DNA of 63,868 nucleotides, counting the filler, from Malassezia furfur (lineage: Eukaryota), in assembly GCA_052055015.1 (NCBI GenBank). It is 3 parts of 3 records of this genome, joined end to end, with 100 filler letters (N's around TTAATTAATTAA, not from the genome) between each part and the next. Parts side by side here need not be neighbours in the genome. Positions count along the whole stretch, not along the records: positions 47,915 to 63,868 come from JBQJIT010000254.1; 2 more parts are not named here. One strand, given 5' to 3'. Positions 61,824 through 63,868 of the stretch are shown here, piece after piece; within the stretch, counting starts at the first letter, position 1, and every line of letters begins with the position of its first letter. The notes under the pieces were generated by a model. The model saw nothing but the letters and a program-made list of their open reading frames with translations, searched no databases and was not told the origin of the DNA. A program made the position numbers and the translations under genes.

Positions 61824-63464
61824 ATGACAAGTATCAAGAGCTTCCGCAGCGGCAAGCACCGAGCAGCAGGGACAGACTATGATGAGGCCCAGCTGATGGC
61901 CTTCGGGCATACACCCGTACTTGAGCGGAATTTCTCCTTCCTCAGTATGCTAGGTCTTGCATTCGCTATCTTGAATTCGTGGACAGCATTGTCGGTCTCT
62001 ATGTCCTTGGCTTTGCCCAGCGGTGGCCCAAGTTCGGTCATCTGGGGTCTAGTGACATCGGGTATTTGCAATGTTTGCTTGTCCATGTCTCTTTCTGAAT
62101 TTCTCTCTGCGTTTCCGACCGCGGCCGGTCAATACCACTGGGTGGCTTTCGTTACTCCGCCGAAATACCGTCGCATCGCTTCGTGGATAACCGGCTGGAT
62201 CAACGTCGGTGGCTGGATTGCGCTGAGTGCCACGGGTGGCCTGCTCGGCAGCCAGCTGATCATCGGCTTGATTTCGTTAATGCATCCAAGCTATGAGTCG
62301 GAGCGCTGGCATCAATTCTTGATTTTCATCGCGTATTCTCTCATTGGATTTTTGGTGAATGCCTTTGCCACGGCTCTCCTTCCCTTGGCAAACAAGACCA
62401 GCTTTTGTTGGTCCATTTCTGGATTTGTTATTATTTGCATCGTCGTGCTGGCAACCGCTTCGCCCAACTTCGCCGATGGTTCATGGGTGTTCGGGAAATT
62501 CATCAACAACACGGGCTGGCCCAATGGCATTGCCTGGCTGCTAGGCCTTTTGCAAGGAAGCTTTGGTCTTACTGCATACGATGCAGTCGCTCATATGATT
62601 GAGGAGATTCCAGACGCATCCATCCAGGGGCCCAAAATTATGAATGCAAGTGTGTGGACGGGCATTAGCACTGGCTTCATTTTCTTGATGGTGATGTTGT
62701 TTGCGTCGGGTGGGCAACCAAACGTGGACGATGTCATCAATTCGCCGCAAACGCCTCTGATCCATATCTTCCAAATTGCGACGAAAAGCAATGCAGGTGC
62801 TGTGTGTCTAACCATGTTCCCCTTGGTTTGCCTGGTGTTTGCTACCCTCGGCTTCTTTACCGCATCGAGCCGGATGACCTTCGCATTTGCGCGCGAGAAA
62901 GGACTTCCTTTCTCTCCCTTTTTCGCACACGTTCACTCGAAGCTAAAGCTTCCCCTAAACGCCCTCATACTGACACTGGTCGTTGTCGTGATTTTCGGAT
63001 GCATTTTCCTGGGCTCAAGCAGTGCCTTTGACGCAATCACGTCTGCGTCGGTGATTGCCCTGAATTTGACGTACGGGATTCCTATTGCGATTAACTGTGC
63101 ACAAGGCCGCAAGAAGCTTCCCCCACGTCCTTACAAACTGTCACCCATTGTTGGATGGACGGTCAACATTGTGGGGCTCATGTACGTCGCCCTCACAACG
63201 GTGCTCTTTTTCTTCCCGCCGTCTGTGCCCGCTACAGGGGAGAGCATGAACTATGCCATCGTCGCATTCACCATTTGGCTCGTCATCTGTATCGCGTATT
63301 GGTTCATTGGTGGCCGGAAGAACTACGAAGGCCCGTCCCTGACTAGCTTCCTTCACAACATGGATATTTCGCCGGCGGATATGGCAATTGCTAACGCCGA
63401 TCGCATCGTGTACACTATCGACGAAGACAAGGGGAAGACTGAGGAGAAGCAGGAGGTGGCATAA
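61824..63464 (+). CDS. APC-family amine/amino-acid permease, copy 2
   Basis: Collinear paralog of 57228-58865 with the same motifs. Confidence 0.92.
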   Translation: MTSIKSFRSGKHRAAGTDYDEAQLMAFGHTPVLERNFSFLSMLGLAFAILNSWTALSVSMSLALPSGGPSSVIWGLVTSGICNVCLSMSLSEFLSAFPTAAGQYHWVAFVTPPKYRRIASWITGWINVGGWIALSATGGLLGSQLIIGLISLMHPSYESERWHQFLIFIAYSLIGFLVNAFATALLPLANKTSFCWSISGFVIICIVVLATASPNFADGSWVFGKFINNTGWPNGIAWLLGLLQGSFGLTAYDAVAHMIEEIPDASIQGPKIMNASVWTGISTGFIFLMVMLFASGGQPNVDDVINSPQTPLIHIFQIATKSNAGAVCLTMFPLVCLVFATLGFFTASSRMTFAFAREKGLPFSPFFAHVHSKLKLPLNALILTLVVVVIFGCIFLGSSSAFDAITSASVIALNLTYGIPIAINCAQGRKKLPPRPYKLSPIVGWTVNIVGLMYVALTTVLFFFPPSVPATGESMNYAIVAFTIWLVICIAYWFIGGRKNYEGPSLTSFLHNMDISPADMAIANADRIVYTIDEDKGKTEEKQEVA

Positions 63465-63625
63465 TTTTCCCGTAAATAGAAGCAACGAAATTGAATCCCG
63501 ACGAAATCGCAAAAATAAGACCCTGAGCCTGGCAAATGCAACTAAAGTTGCGCGTATAGGTTACCAGCAGTTTAAAGCGACACACAGTTTAAGGTGGCAC
63601 ATTCAGATCATGTGATAAGTTTTTG

Positions 63626-63709
63626 CAGAGCGTGGTCTAGTGGTTAGGACTTCTCATTTACACTACATGTGGACTGAGACGATCCCCGGTTCAATCCCGG
63701 GCGTTCTGA
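63626..63709 (+). tRNA. tRNA-Val(UAC) with 11-nt intron (63663-63673)
   Basis: Acceptor CAGAGCG/CGTTCTG + A73, D-stem GTCT/GGAC, anticodon stem TCTCA/TGAGA with TAC at 63659-63661, T-arm CCCGG-TTCAATC-CCGGG. Confidence 0.88.
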
Positions 63710-63711
63710 TA

Positions 63712-63750
63712 TTTTTTATTTTTTATTTTTTTTTTTATTTTTTTTTTTTT
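63712..63750 (+). terminator. Long oligo-T tract (Pol III terminator of tRNA-Val)
   Basis: Four T runs separated by single A residues, directly after the tRNA. Confidence 0.75.
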
Positions 63751-63791
63751 GGATTAGGGCATACAGACAGACACACTAATTCTCGTCTACA

Positions 63792-63868
63792 TTACGCGCC
63801 GCACTTCCAGTGAGCAATGTCACCGTCGACCATCTCGTATGTCTTGCCCTTTTGCGCGAGCTTGCCGT
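63792..63868 (-). CDS. OLA1: C-terminal end of Obg-like ATPase Ola1/YchF (runs off the window)
   Basis: Minus strand GKLAQKGKTYEMVDGDIAHWKCGA* matches the YchF/OLA1 terminal GK...GK.Y...DGDI motif. Confidence 0.75.
   Translation of the reverse strand, partial: GKLAQKGKTYEMVDGDIAHWKCGA

Overview
Eukaryotic, GC-rich and extremely compact fungal DNA. Gene content, near-zero intergenic spacing and 21-42 nt GT-AG introns fit a Malassezia-type ustilaginomycete yeast (inference; species not determined). Two artificial N-TTAATTAATTAA-N linkers (23896-23995, 47815-47914) show that three contigs were joined, so adjacency across them is unproven. I can support about 45 protein genes, mostly housekeeping. 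Several are missed or fragmented by the ORF track because of tiny introns or short length (profilin, SDH6, LSM2, a PIGBOS1-like micropeptide, the OLA1 tail). There are also three intron-containing tRNA genes and an RNase MRP RNA gene. Most notable: (1) about 43 ultra-short spliceosomal introns (median about 25 nt by my hand count); (2) an apparent 1-nucleotide exon required to keep SCS3/FIT2 in frame; (3) a ~596-nt RNase MRP RNA directly upstream of ADE17; (4) an unidentified ~250-nt nested-stem ncRNA candidate; (5) a tandemly duplicated, intronless, lower-GC copper amine oxidase + amine permease cassette with GATA-site promoters, bracketed by a lone B-box and a tRNA-Val; (6) a SnoaL/NTF2-like + Spo12 fusion ORF. 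All splice models were derived by eye from GT..CTRAY..YAG signals and frame restoration, not from RNA data.
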